DNA of 46,001 bases from Candidatus Iainarchaeum sp. (GTDB lineage: Archaea; Iainarchaeota; Iainarchaeia; Iainarchaeales; DTGL01), in contig JAGGVE010000004.1 of assembly GCA_021163505.1 (NCBI GenBank), positions 1-46,001 on the forward strand. Direction: 5' to 3'. The notes under the pieces were generated by a model. The model was given only the letters and a program-made list of their open reading frames with translations. It made no database searches and was not told the origin of the DNA. Position 1 is the stretch's first letter, and each line of letters starts with the position of its first letter. Positions 18,401 through 28,200 of the stretch are shown here, piece by piece. Made by a program: the position numbers and the translations under genes.

Positions 18401-21400
18401 TAATAGGTGCGGAGAAGATAATTGAGATAGAATCACCTATAGAAATAGTTCTGGAAAAGGGCGAAGCGGAAAAAACCATAGTAAAAACTATACATAACAA
18501 CTCAGATGAAACCATAAGAAACCTGATGTATGAATTTGTACCTGCAGGAAACTGGCCTGAAGAGCTTGCAATAAATATAACTCTCCCGCCAGAAATAAGG
18601 CCAAGAAGTTCTGCAACGATACAGATAATAGCAACATATAGCGGTGATGAAGAAGCAACGATAACCGCCACAGGAACGCTTACGGTTTATGGTACACTGG
18701 ATGTTGCAATCCAGGGAAGTGCAGATGTCATCATAAAATACAATCAGAAACTCCCAGAAGAATGCATAGAAATAGAACCCGATGAAGTTGCACTTGAGAT
18801 GATAGGTAAGGCAAATCAGAGAGAAGAGCTTGCTTTCAGCATAAAATATAACGAAGCAGAGGGCTGCATAGGAACTCTTAGGTTTACGGAGAGACTTGAG
18901 ATCGATGACCCAAATCTGCAATTGATTCCAAAGGAATTTGAAATCTCCCCAGGAGAAACTAAAGAAGTAACATTGGTTCTTGTAAACGGCATTGATCGTA
19001 CAGGCACTCTGGAAATGCCACTTGCAGGTGTTTTGCTTTTTGATGCAACAAGCTTAACAAAAGCCATGAAAGTTAGATTAAGTTTCACTGACCCAAGATT
19101 TTTGCTACAGACAAACGATAATATAGCGCTCTATATGAGCTACAATGAGCAAAGCGGGCTACTTGAAGGCTTCGCACCTCTCTATATGAAAAATATTGGC
19201 ACAAAACCGATAGAAAATATAAGGTGGAGCGTTGCTCCACCTTCGGGCATAGAGCTATACGTAACCGAAACACCACAGGCTGCAACGCTTCCCGGGCCTA
19301 CTGCTGTTGGCCCTGTAAATCTTGAACCAAGTCAGGAGCTTCCGCATCCGCTGACGCTCTATGCAAAAAGTTCCAACCGCTCGTTAGAAAGGGGACCGCA
19401 TAGAGCAGAGATACGCATAACAGCGCAGGTAGAGGGTACACAGTTTGAAAAGGTCGTTACTGTCTGGGTATTCGTTTCGCCTGCAGAGTGCCTCAAGATA
19501 ACTCCGAAAGAGGAACTTATATTTGCAAGTGAAGATGCAAGCCAGGGGGTGATAACAAAAACTGTAGAGATATTCAACGGATGCGGTGAGATAATTAGAG
19601 ATATTATGCTTGAGCCAGAATATCTCGGTCCGAATCAGATAAGCCTGTTTGTACCAGCTGGCCCCTATCTATACCCGGATCAGCGCGTTGAAGCACAGAT
19701 TATGCTAAATAAGGCAGGGGACTATTTCAATAGTGAAAGGCCTGATGCTATTAAAGTAAAAGGCCTTCTTGTGAACAGCCAGCACTTCACAGAGTCAAAT
19801 CCGCTTATGGTAATAGCTGAGATCGGACTGCGTCCCGAAACAGAGGCAGGACCAAGCTATACAGAAATAAGCCTCCCTCTATGCGAAGATGAAACTGTAT
19901 TCAAAACAGTGAGATTTCCGATGCAGAGCGCAGATACCGATTGTGAAGTAGCATATTGCGATGCACTTCAGCTCTCTCAGTATATAGCGGATAAAATAAA
20001 GGAAAATATAAATATGGTGAAGGAGAAGATTCAGGACAATGGTGCTGATGTGAGAAACTACCCTTTCTGTCAGGAAGGTTCGCAATTCTGTACATTCACT
20101 GCAATAGGCGTCATCTCACAGCCCTATAAAGTTTATATGAACCACGATAACCTTACAACGGATGTTCTCCAAAACGTGGTGAAAAACACCGATGGATTAA
20201 ACAACATGGTTGTGAGGTATGCCTCTGGCACCCTTAATGAGATTCTACAAACAGCAACTGGTTTTACAGCAAACCAGATCTACCTTGAGAAACCTTTGAA
20301 AGGATGTGGCCGTTACTACATTTCCATCCAAGGAGCAGTGCAACAGGTCCAGGGAGAACTCGAAGAGGATAGCATTATAATATTCATCAAGCTCATCAGC
20401 GATCGTGCAATAACACCTGAATGTACCCTAAAGGTGCAAAACTTCCTTAACTTCCTACCTGAAGATCGCGGACTTACGCTCACATCCTCAATGAACACGT
20501 GGCTTGGCATAGTGCAGGCAGATCCAGAGCTTAGTGAATTAGGAAGAGGTATTGCGGAGGCGCTGTTTAGCACCCCTGAACGGGTTGCTCCAAACACCAG
20601 TTCAAATAAATTGAAACTTATACTTGAACAGATCCCAAATGGCTCAATAGTTGAACTGAAAATAGATCAACACTCAACGGTTGAAGCAAATCCAGCAACC
20701 ATCTTACTTCTGATAAACTGGCTCTATGGAGAAGAGAATGAAAAATTCCGATCAGAAGTTGCCAAGAAGGCAAAGTATGCATTGCAGCAGCTGAAACAGG
20801 GCTCATTTGAAATTGAAGCATGTATAAGCAATGATGAAACATACATGAGAATAATGAAGCTTGAAAGCGTTGGGGAATTGAAAATCGAACATGAGAAGTA
20901 TATAGAGCTATATTATGATGCTGAAACATGCACAGATATTAATGTTGTGAGCAACATTCCAGAAAATGTTGCACTGCGAACAAACTGGAGTGCTCTTAAT
21001 CCAACCGAAAAATCAGGTATAAAAGACGTTTACTTCAAGCTCGATGGCTCAAGGATCGAGGAGTACTCAAACGAGCAAGGAATTCGTGGAACACCCATTG
21101 CCCTTGAAGAAGTGCCTGGATTTAAGGGCCTTTACAAAAAGAGCCTGCAGCTCTGTGTTGTTGGCGATGACGGCTTAATCACACAGGCAGCAGGCAAGAA
21201 GATAAAGATCAAGGCAAAAAGCCTAAGCATAGCAACCAAGGAAATGAAAGAGTGGGAGGAAATTGAGTTGAGGGTCTGCGGGATACACCCGCATAGTTTA
21301 ATAGAAAGGATGGAAGGCGTAGAGGTTGAACCCGGCGAAGAGAAGGTTTTCTATACCTCACTTGGATGGAAAGGAGAGCCAGAAAGTATAAGTATTCAGG

Positions 21401-23451
21401 ATATTGAAAGAAGTCTGCGGATGAAAGACATTGTGCAACAGCTACCTGATACTAGCGGAGGTGGAGCGCCAGCAGTGGTAGATAGAGTTTCGAAGGCGTA
21501 CCAAAATGCATGGCTCTGGTACTTTGCGACCTGTGTCGGCACATCCACCCTGTGCAATAGTTTAAGAAGGGGTTTGCTTAGCGCAATGTTTGGAACATTC
21601 CTTATACCTGCAAACATTTTGCAAGCCATGGTGTTTGACTGTGGCTTGCCGGTATTGGCTGGCTCATCAAGTATGCCTGGAGCCCCAAGGTTCGTTTATA
21701 GCATTGGAAGTGCATGGCAGTGGGTTACACAACACATACCTTTTTTAAGAACGCAGGGAATAATTGCACAGCAACTGCCTATTGATGAAACTCTTCCAGA
21801 GGAAGCGCAACAAGCCTTAAGGGAAGATGTAATACCTGCAGCAATAGCTGGTTATGAAGTGAAACTTGGAACACAGGTAATCTCATACCTAACCAATCGC
21901 TTCGGTGACATCGTACTGGCAAACGATGCAATAAAACGCAAGGTTGCGGATTCAGCTGCGGATTATATAGCAAAGCAGTTCTCTTCTGATATGCTTGGGG
22001 GGGCAATGAAGAAAGAGATAAAGAGCGCGGTTAAGCCGAGAATACTAGAGATACTACAAGGCGCAAGTCCCAATGCAAGGCTTACTACAGTAATGACTGA
22101 AGATTCTGTAAAAAGTGCCTGGCGAAATGCCTCCAGCGATATAGCGGAGAGGGTAATTTCAAACTTAGATAACATCAGCGGGTCAAGAATTGCACAGGAG
22201 ATTACACAGGCTGGTGGCAGGAGAGTTAGCGAGGTGTTCAATCCCGATGAAATTGCAAATTTAGTGAGAGGAGAAGACATCTTGGGTGAAACAACAAAAG
22301 TTATTGATCCGGGTGACTTTGATAATGAAATATTGAAAATAGCACAGAATGCAAGACAGCGCGTGTTGCAGCAGGTTGAATTTGATAAGATAAGGCCCAA
22401 GCTTGGAGGCACTGCAAGAACAATAGAGCAAACGCTAGATGATACCATACAGAGAGCTTTACGATCAAGCGCTACTACTGATGCATCTGGCAGATATATA
22501 ATAAATGCAAGCAGTATAGATGATGCGATAAGACAGAGTGTCACCACAGTAAATTCCCGATTTGCTGATAGGCTGGCTAAAGCATATGGTGAAGAAATAG
22601 CTGAGAAGGTTGTAAGAGAAAGCGGCGAAGAGATTGCTGAGCGTACTGCAAAGGTATCCATAGGGAAAAGAATAAGGAGGTTATTCAGCTGGCGAAATTT
22701 GGGCAGAATATTACGAGGTGCTGCCTGCGATGCTGCGGCCAACTATGCTGGCTACAGCGTCTTCAGGGTGAAATTACAATCTGCCCTGCAAAAACTTTCA
22801 GAAGAAGGAGCATTGCCACAGCCGACAGTAGAATATGGAAAGGTAGGTCAGCACTATGAAGGTCCGGCTCAACTTTACAAATACAGGCCTTACAAAATAG
22901 TAGTGGGACGCAACCAGTATGGAACACGCTACTACAGAATTGAACCTGTTGACACTGAAGAGGAGTTTGAGGAGATGCAAAGAAGAATAGCTGAAAATCC
23001 TTCCAGCTACTGGGTTGACGATTGCAGAGAATATCGCGAAAGAGAGTTTGAAGGCTTCCTCGGCTGCCTCATGCCAGAAGCTGGGCAAGGCATAAGCGCA
23101 GAGCATGTGAGAGCTTATTACACAGACAACTCAGCATTCAGAAGATTTTCGGAAGAGTATGAAGTACCAGAAGCGCTTATTGTAGCATTCTTAATAAATA
23201 ACCCGGAAAGAATAAATGGCTGTTCCATAGAAGGCAAATGGTATGAAAAGACGGAAGAAAGCAGAATTTATGCAATCAGATGCGTCGCTGAAAAGGTTAA
23301 TGCGGCGCTTTCCTCAACACCAAATATAGAGGAAGTAATTAGGGTTGTTGGCAGCAAGAGCGGTGAACCTCCAAAAAGTTATATTGAAAATGTAATGAAC
23401 ACTTATCAACGGTGGAGCCAGTTCAATATATGCATAGCACCAGTTGCATAG
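15403..23451 (+). CDS. Giant membrane-anchored protein 1 (2682 aa): tandem carboxypeptidase-regulatory-like/Ig-like domains, conserved core, hydrophobic-helical region, C-terminal degenerate SLT-like domain
   Basis: Single N-proximal TM (TLAIFVLIFLLIFALA). Repeats of the type I.VKD...I.GA.I....S KEGY. Core motifs GVHIRVG, KWININF, YRAWA...RDPAD...LYAETY. YCDALQL motif. C-terminus EEYEVPEALIVAFL...SYIENVMNTYQRW. Confidence 0.92.
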   Translation: MLLDYLKDFYSRIEDKWYALLDFLSARGLPANAYADFLEKRGIPSLPTTLAIFVLIFLLIFALATPNTLDVSLNISIKDDYGQALRNVYLKIETVEGQTIKTKASSYNGDIIKLENVPLNTKLIITASKKGYSNASTEVEVNSKRLSAELVLAREIELITARLQVLDTESQTAVTMPKCHVEFEGSKIAGHAIGSGIVEFVGVPANMELHLQCEADGYESVDTFIKFSSDETQKIELVPKTAELADVKSLLIIVKDYETKELIRGARILITKAKSEEVIADENVDNGQYVAKIASGSIITISVSKEGYLPYTSGSITVRSDGEFPVLLKRGGKTLLVRVLNKDHVQLVNVSVKLFDEVQNLIREAKTDFTGSAVFEGIDASKKHIVTAYYAGFLPGFKELTPEELSKSNEVTIILAKATLENSGMATFRIKGENGEELANASIEIYRIINGKKVPLGMGTLKTNYRGELTTMLPAGDYIAKIETPLYAKEYEFSIEAGEEKTFEVTASKIPSVKIIRLVDKEGNPIKGRAVVTTLSGEELYNGPIRNGQVEFDSKGNETVRINVISEDGKTFEGEVRLGKEKITEVEVANEEGPATLEPKIEFLGITNANNEVLEGAIKDQYVWAKFRVTFPSCEEGGVHIRVGRDDIRFADSQAVGIYGFDGRASSFTYGLSYHAPLGQVTDLANRGRAGIKNKWININFKNPANEVLFAVKIKADKAFSAESFELHYRAWAKVAGSIYRDPADEVLLLQPYNDQKHGLYAETYKENIRVLESAAECEEGICLKMEFFDGSERIPAEQFRPRVGKDYMLIVEITSMQDGQGKITVATQNEPMTLLFSQIRDPKIGLLPRDNYTNIEVYAPIALAKGISREVGAAFQTMSEGGAKITVTIEIGEKTVSRELYFNIYGPKRLGVTLSEPENVPLGNNLEVFVKDQETGEPVTNARIVLSKAARPIIETLGDGTQDNGANGRYVLKTSELSPGKYELTIEAEDSEPYNQELVIGAEKIIEIESPIEIVLEKGEAEKTIVKTIHNNSDETIRNLMYEFVPAGNWPEELAINITLPPEIRPRSSATIQIIATYSGDEEATITATGTLTVYGTLDVAIQGSADVIIKYNQKLPEECIEIEPDEVALEMIGKANQREELAFSIKYNEAEGCIGTLRFTERLEIDDPNLQLIPKEFEISPGETKEVTLVLVNGIDRTGTLEMPLAGVLLFDATSLTKAMKVRLSFTDPRFLLQTNDNIALYMSYNEQSGLLEGFAPLYMKNIGTKPIENIRWSVAPPSGIELYVTETPQAATLPGPTAVGPVNLEPSQELPHPLTLYAKSSNRSLERGPHRAEIRITAQVEGTQFEKVVTVWVFVSPAECLKITPKEELIFASEDASQGVITKTVEIFNGCGEIIRDIMLEPEYLGPNQISLFVPAGPYLYPDQRVEAQIMLNKAGDYFNSERPDAIKVKGLLVNSQHFTESNPLMVIAEIGLRPETEAGPSYTEISLPLCEDETVFKTVRFPMQSADTDCEVAYCDALQLSQYIADKIKENINMVKEKIQDNGADVRNYPFCQEGSQFCTFTAIGVISQPYKVYMNHDNLTTDVLQNVVKNTDGLNNMVVRYASGTLNEILQTATGFTANQIYLEKPLKGCGRYYISIQGAVQQVQGELEEDSIIIFIKLISDRAITPECTLKVQNFLNFLPEDRGLTLTSSMNTWLGIVQADPELSELGRGIAEALFSTPERVAPNTSSNKLKLILEQIPNGSIVELKIDQHSTVEANPATILLLINWLYGEENEKFRSEVAKKAKYALQQLKQGSFEIEACISNDETYMRIMKLESVGELKIEHEKYIELYYDAETCTDINVVSNIPENVALRTNWSALNPTEKSGIKDVYFKLDGSRIEEYSNEQGIRGTPIALEEVPGFKGLYKKSLQLCVVGDDGLITQAAGKKIKIKAKSLSIATKEMKEWEEIELRVCGIHPHSLIERMEGVEVEPGEEKVFYTSLGWKGEPESISIQDIERSLRMKDIVQQLPDTSGGGAPAVVDRVSKAYQNAWLWYFATCVGTSTLCNSLRRGLLSAMFGTFLIPANILQAMVFDCGLPVLAGSSSMPGAPRFVYSIGSAWQWVTQHIPFLRTQGIIAQQLPIDETLPEEAQQALREDVIPAAIAGYEVKLGTQVISYLTNRFGDIVLANDAIKRKVADSAADYIAKQFSSDMLGGAMKKEIKSAVKPRILEILQGASPNARLTTVMTEDSVKSAWRNASSDIAERVISNLDNISGSRIAQEITQAGGRRVSEVFNPDEIANLVRGEDILGETTKVIDPGDFDNEILKIAQNARQRVLQQVEFDKIRPKLGGTARTIEQTLDDTIQRALRSSATTDASGRYIINASSIDDAIRQSVTTVNSRFADRLAKAYGEEIAEKVVRESGEEIAERTAKVSIGKRIRRLFSWRNLGRILRGAACDAAANYAGYSVFRVKLQSALQKLSEEGALPQPTVEYGKVGQHYEGPAQLYKYRPYKIVVGRNQYGTRYYRIEPVDTEEEFEEMQRRIAENPSSYWVDDCREYREREFEGFLGCLMPEAGQGISAEHVRAYYTDNSAFRRFSEEYEVPEALIVAFLINNPERINGCSIEGKWYEKTEESRIYAIRCVAEKVNAALSSTPNIEEVIRVVGSKSGEPPKSYIENVMNTYQRWSQFNICIAPVA

Positions 23452-23467
23452 TTAAAAAGGTGAAAAG

Positions 23468-25156
23468 TTGAACCAGAAAGCATTTAATCTTTTTACTGCA
23501 CTGCTTGCATTTATTCTGATACTCACCAGCACGATTCTCTTTCTCACGATGATTCAAACCGAAACAAACACAAGTCATCTTATAGATCACATGGCCTCAC
23601 AGGCAAGGCTCGAATCTGTTGCAAGACTTGTAAGAGCAGATATATTCCAAACTTTCAACCAAAACCTAAGAGAAGTTATAGAAGATTATTTTAGGCATAA
23701 TGAGGTGATTATTGGTGATCTCAAAGCATGGGAAGACTGGGATCAGTTAAAAGAAGAATTTTCAGAGGGTTACTTTGTTGGCAACGAGAAATTTGCAAGG
23801 GAAATAGCAAAGGCTTTGCCCGGGCTTGAGCTAGACTATGCAATCCCATATGAAGGAAAATATAAGGTTGAAATGTACAACGATGATCGCGAAAGATTTA
23901 GAGAAGTGCTGCAGAGCGCGATAGATGCAAGCGCCTCATCCGGAGATTTTATTGAAGTTGTTGAATGCGACGGCACTCCGGAAAACTGTCCGCTTGGAAC
24001 TTTTTACATAAATTTGAAGATAACAGAGCTAAGCGATGAAGAGTATGAGAGTTTGCCTATGCTCAGAGTCACAGACCTGCTAAACGGCTCATATATCGCT
24101 GATCCAATAATCCCCAGAAACGATATAAAGCTCTATGTTCCACTCAGGCTTTTCAAAGCGATGGCAATAACCAGAAAGATGATGCATTCAGATTTAGCCT
24201 ATATGAATACCCGTTATGATTTTGGTTATCTCTCGCCAAGAATACACAATGAGTTTGATTCAATGGCTTTGGGCTACTGTGATTATGGGTTCTGCTATCC
24301 GCGCGAGAATCCATACTTCCCACCGGACAAAAGGTATTCTGATGATAAAGCATGCTCAGGAACCGGGGTATCAAACTCCCTAACTGAAATAACAGGTAAT
24401 TTCAGGGGCATGAACTTTACATATAATCTTGTAGACAGACTGAGCACAAATTACATGGTTCGGAAGCTTGCTGAGCTTGCAAAAAAACGTCTTTGTGAAC
24501 TATCTAAGGAAAACATCAGCAGCTATGATAGCCCGGGGGATTTTGAAATAGAGAAAGACCCTGCAGAGCCAAACTGTTATGTAATAGTAGAAGCTGGTGA
24601 TATAAGAGCATCTGCGAAACCCTCCAAGCTTATAAAAACCGGTTCTGAGCGAAAGGTTTCACTTATAGGGACAAATCCAAAAACCGAACCAAATCAGACC
24701 CTAAGTAGCTGTCCCTTTAATTTTACTCTCGGGCAGAACAGAAGGATAGGATACTATAAAGGGCCGGGGGGTATCATGTGGCCAGATAGTAGCATAGGTA
24801 GCGAAATATGCAATGGCTTTGAAAGCATGAGTGCGCTTCTTGGGATGATTCCACCAAAGTGTGGCTATGGCACCTCCTGGGCATGTTGTACAGAAATAAC
24901 TGAAATGAACTTCAAAGTTTCGTTTATAGAGAAGAACCCGGAGTACAAAATAAACAAGGATCTGGAAACGAGGTTTGCATTTAAGATCGTTGATAGAAGC
25001 TTTACAGGATTTAATCCAAACTATGACTCTGGAGCAACCGATATTGACTGTGCGCTTGCGCATGCGCCACAGTCAAACACCTGCGTGGCAAGTGCTTGGA
25101 CGTGCATGGTAAAACCTGCAGGCGGCTATCAGGGGTGCTATCCGGAGTTCCCATAA
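23468..25156 (+). CDS. 562-aa secreted protein with prepilin-like (class III signal-like) N-terminus and 16 Cys
   Basis: TTG start after AAGGTGA. MNQKA/FNLFTALLAFILILTSTILFLTMI followed by a long amphipathic helix. Lies 16 nt downstream of giant 1. Confidence 0.8.
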   Translation: MNQKAFNLFTALLAFILILTSTILFLTMIQTETNTSHLIDHMASQARLESVARLVRADIFQTFNQNLREVIEDYFRHNEVIIGDLKAWEDWDQLKEEFSEGYFVGNEKFAREIAKALPGLELDYAIPYEGKYKVEMYNDDRERFREVLQSAIDASASSGDFIEVVECDGTPENCPLGTFYINLKITELSDEEYESLPMLRVTDLLNGSYIADPIIPRNDIKLYVPLRLFKAMAITRKMMHSDLAYMNTRYDFGYLSPRIHNEFDSMALGYCDYGFCYPRENPYFPPDKRYSDDKACSGTGVSNSLTEITGNFRGMNFTYNLVDRLSTNYMVRKLAELAKKRLCELSKENISSYDSPGDFEIEKDPAEPNCYVIVEAGDIRASAKPSKLIKTGSERKVSLIGTNPKTEPNQTLSSCPFNFTLGQNRRIGYYKGPGGIMWPDSSIGSEICNGFESMSALLGMIPPKCGYGTSWACCTEITEMNFKVSFIEKNPEYKINKDLETRFAFKIVDRSFTGFNPNYDSGATDIDCALAHAPQSNTCVASAWTCMVKPAGGYQGCYPEFP

Positions 25157-25173
25157 GAATGAAAAATATAAAG

Positions 25174-25189
25174 GGAAAATATATAAATA
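25174..25189 (+). promoter_or_regulatory. Putative BRE-TATA promoter of giant protein 2
   Basis: GGAAAA followed by TATATAAATA. GGAGG RBS at about 25233 before ATG 25246. Confidence 0.5.
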
Positions 25190-25245
25190 AGAAAAGTGCT
25201 AACTAATTAAGAAAAAATGATATTTTATACTGGAGGCTTCTGGAT

Positions 25246-28200
25246 ATGGACCTTAGAGAGAAATGGGAAGATTTCATGTTCTGGCTTGAAGACCACAATA
25301 TCCCTAAACCTGCTTTCTTTGCACTTATAATAGCCATCATTGTGGTAATATTTATTCTTTTGGGAGGCCTCGAGCTTATTATTCCGGCGCCGAGGGAAGA
25401 GGTTACTTTAAACGTTATTGTGCTTGACAGAAAAGAGAATCCTATTGAAGGGGCAAGTGTAACAATAAAGAGCGAGGAGCTAACAAAGGTAGAGGAAACA
25501 AATGAAAATGGTATTGCTACATTTCTTGTGTATAAGGATTCCGAGGTTATAATTGAGGTGAGCTACGAGGGTGAAACTGCTCGCGAAACCATCACGGTGG
25601 AGGGCTTTACAGAAAAAAGAATAATGCTTGATATCGAGCTTATAACATATGCAGATAAAAAAATAGTGTTCTTCAAAGAAGGGACGGATGAAAAATATAC
25701 TGATATTGAATCGATAGATGCTGCCTGCAGCAATGCTGACTGGCACCAAAGCAACTCGCAGGTAATTAATGGTGAGGTACTGCTTAGAAGAGTACCTAGC
25801 AATTGTGGAAAGCTTAGCATAAAAGTAAATGGGGAGTGGCACGAAGTTAGTGCTGAAGGAACTGAGCCAGTCAGAATATATCTAAAAGAAGAGGTTAAGA
25901 AGGGCAGGCTTATTGTGAAGGTTGTAGACTCCGAGGGAGTACCCATTGGAGCAAACGCTGTTGAGGTCAGAATAAAAAATTCTGTCGGCCAGTATGTGGG
26001 CTCTCAAAAGACAAATGCCAGCGACACAGTTGTTTTTGATGAGCTTCTTCCGGATCGGTATGAAATAACAGCTTCTGGCGAGCATTACAAACCATCTACA
26101 AGCAGTGCTGAAGTGAAAGGTGGCAAGGATACTGTTAAAACCATGTATGTTGAGCCCCTCGTTACTGGCTTCCCAATAAAGATAAGGGTTGTAGACACCA
26201 AAGGTTTTGGCGTAAAAAATGTTGAACTACAGCTGAGAGATTCGGAAACGCAGCAGATACTTGTAAATAAGCAGTTCACCGATGCAAAAGGAGAATACGT
26301 GTTCAATGTTCCTGAAGAAAAGGAATATCTTATAATATTAGCCCTGCCAAACGGATGGAAGAAGCAGATAAAGGCTGTACCAAAAGAGGAATTTTACGAG
26401 GTGACATACGATGAAGAAGAGCTCGAAGAAGGCGGCACTGTAGTTATTGAGGTAAAGGATCAGGAAAATGAGCCTTTGGAAAGTGCAACAGTTGAGCTTT
26501 ATACGATGGAACATAATACCTCAGGCTATGCCTGTGCCACTGGCGCAGATGGATTTTGCGAAATAGAGCATGTTGAACCTGGCAGGTATTATGCCCAAGT
26601 AAAACTTTATTCTTACTCGCCTGCAATAAGTGAAGACTTTGAAGTATTGCCGGGTGAAACCACTACGGTGGGACCAGTAACACTGGAAGTTGATAAGGGA
26701 GTATTTGAGTTTACTGTATTGAATGAGAATTCAGAGCCTATTGCGGGGGCCAAAATAGATGCTTATGATATTGATGGCGAAAGGCTTATAAAAAGCGGAA
26801 GCACAAATGAGGAAGGCATAGCAACTTTATCTATAAGAACAAATGTGCTGCCTTACTTTGTAATTTATGCGAAGGGTTATCTCCCATACATAACAGCGCC
26901 TATCGCGCCCGTAGCTAATTTAACTATTGAAAAAAAGGTCGTGCTGCAGAAAGAATTTTCAGGCATAAAGGTAGAGTTCAAAGGGCTTGAGTATGAAGGT
27001 GAAATGATTGAAGACAGCGTCAGCCCAGGCACAGAATATAAAGGAACGTTTCTACTCATAGTTGGGAAATCAGGCTATTCTAAAGCTGGCTTGCATATAA
27101 GAACAGGTAGTGACACTATTGGAAAGGTCAATAAAGTTGAATCGGACAATGGCTACATAAAACAGATAATTGTCTATGCTACAAAACTTGTGAAGGGTTC
27201 TACATATACGCCTCTTAAAGGCGAAGCCACGGATCTGAAGAGCATTGCGAAGGAAGAAAGCAAATGGGCAAATATTGAATGGAATTTATCGGATAAACTA
27301 AAGAAAGGAGTTTTTGAAGTAGAGGCAGCAATTGTTGTTAGGGACTCCGCTATAACTGGTGATATTTTCAAGTTAAGTTATAGAGGTTATGCTGTAAGCA
27401 CCGCTTACGACCGTGACCCAAGCGATGAAGTACTCGGTTCGCAAAAATCAACTGCAGAAAAGGACTCATTGTATGCAAAAACCTACGATATCGTTTACAG
27501 CATTGGCGTATCAAACCTCTGCGATGATTCCTTCTGTCAATCGTATTTTATAGAGGATTTGCAGAAAAAAACCAGATTGGCAATTATCGACACATATTCA
27601 GCACGGATAGGAAATAGGTACAAGCTTCATTTCACAATCAACAATAAGACTCTGGAACTCAGTGAAGCGGAAATGAAGCTTAAGAATGAGCAAAGGGGCT
27701 TACAATTTGGAGCATACAAGGTATATGGAACGGGCGGAAAAGAAGTCACGGGCAACATCGATTCAAGTAGCGGAACGATAAGCATCGGAACATTTACCTC
27801 AAAAAGCACAATTGCTGGCGAGGTGGAATTTGAAACCATTAAAGACGGCACCCAGGTAATTACAATCGAGTTGCAAAATGGAGCAGAAACTGTTCTGGAA
27901 AAAGAAATTACAATAGAGATTCCGGAAGGGAAGGAAATGATGTTAGAGGTAGTTCCAAAGAACATAGTAGCTATGATAGACAACGAGCTTCTGTTCAAAG
28001 TATCTGATAAAGAATCGGAAGAAGCAATTCAGGACGCAAGCATAACACTAACATTAGATGATAAGCACCTTACAACTGGAACAACAAACAGCGAAGGGGT
28101 CTTTGCATTCACTCTGGAGGCTCCAAGCGCAGGCTCAAAGCTCAAAGTAAGAGCAATGAAACCAGGTTACAGGCCAATAAGTCGTACAATTGAGATCTCG

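Noticed and set aside
23131-23430. Calling giant 1 an active peptidoglycan hydrolase
   Set aside because: The catalytic Glu-Ser and GLMQ motifs are not present. Only a degenerate fold resemblance is claimed.
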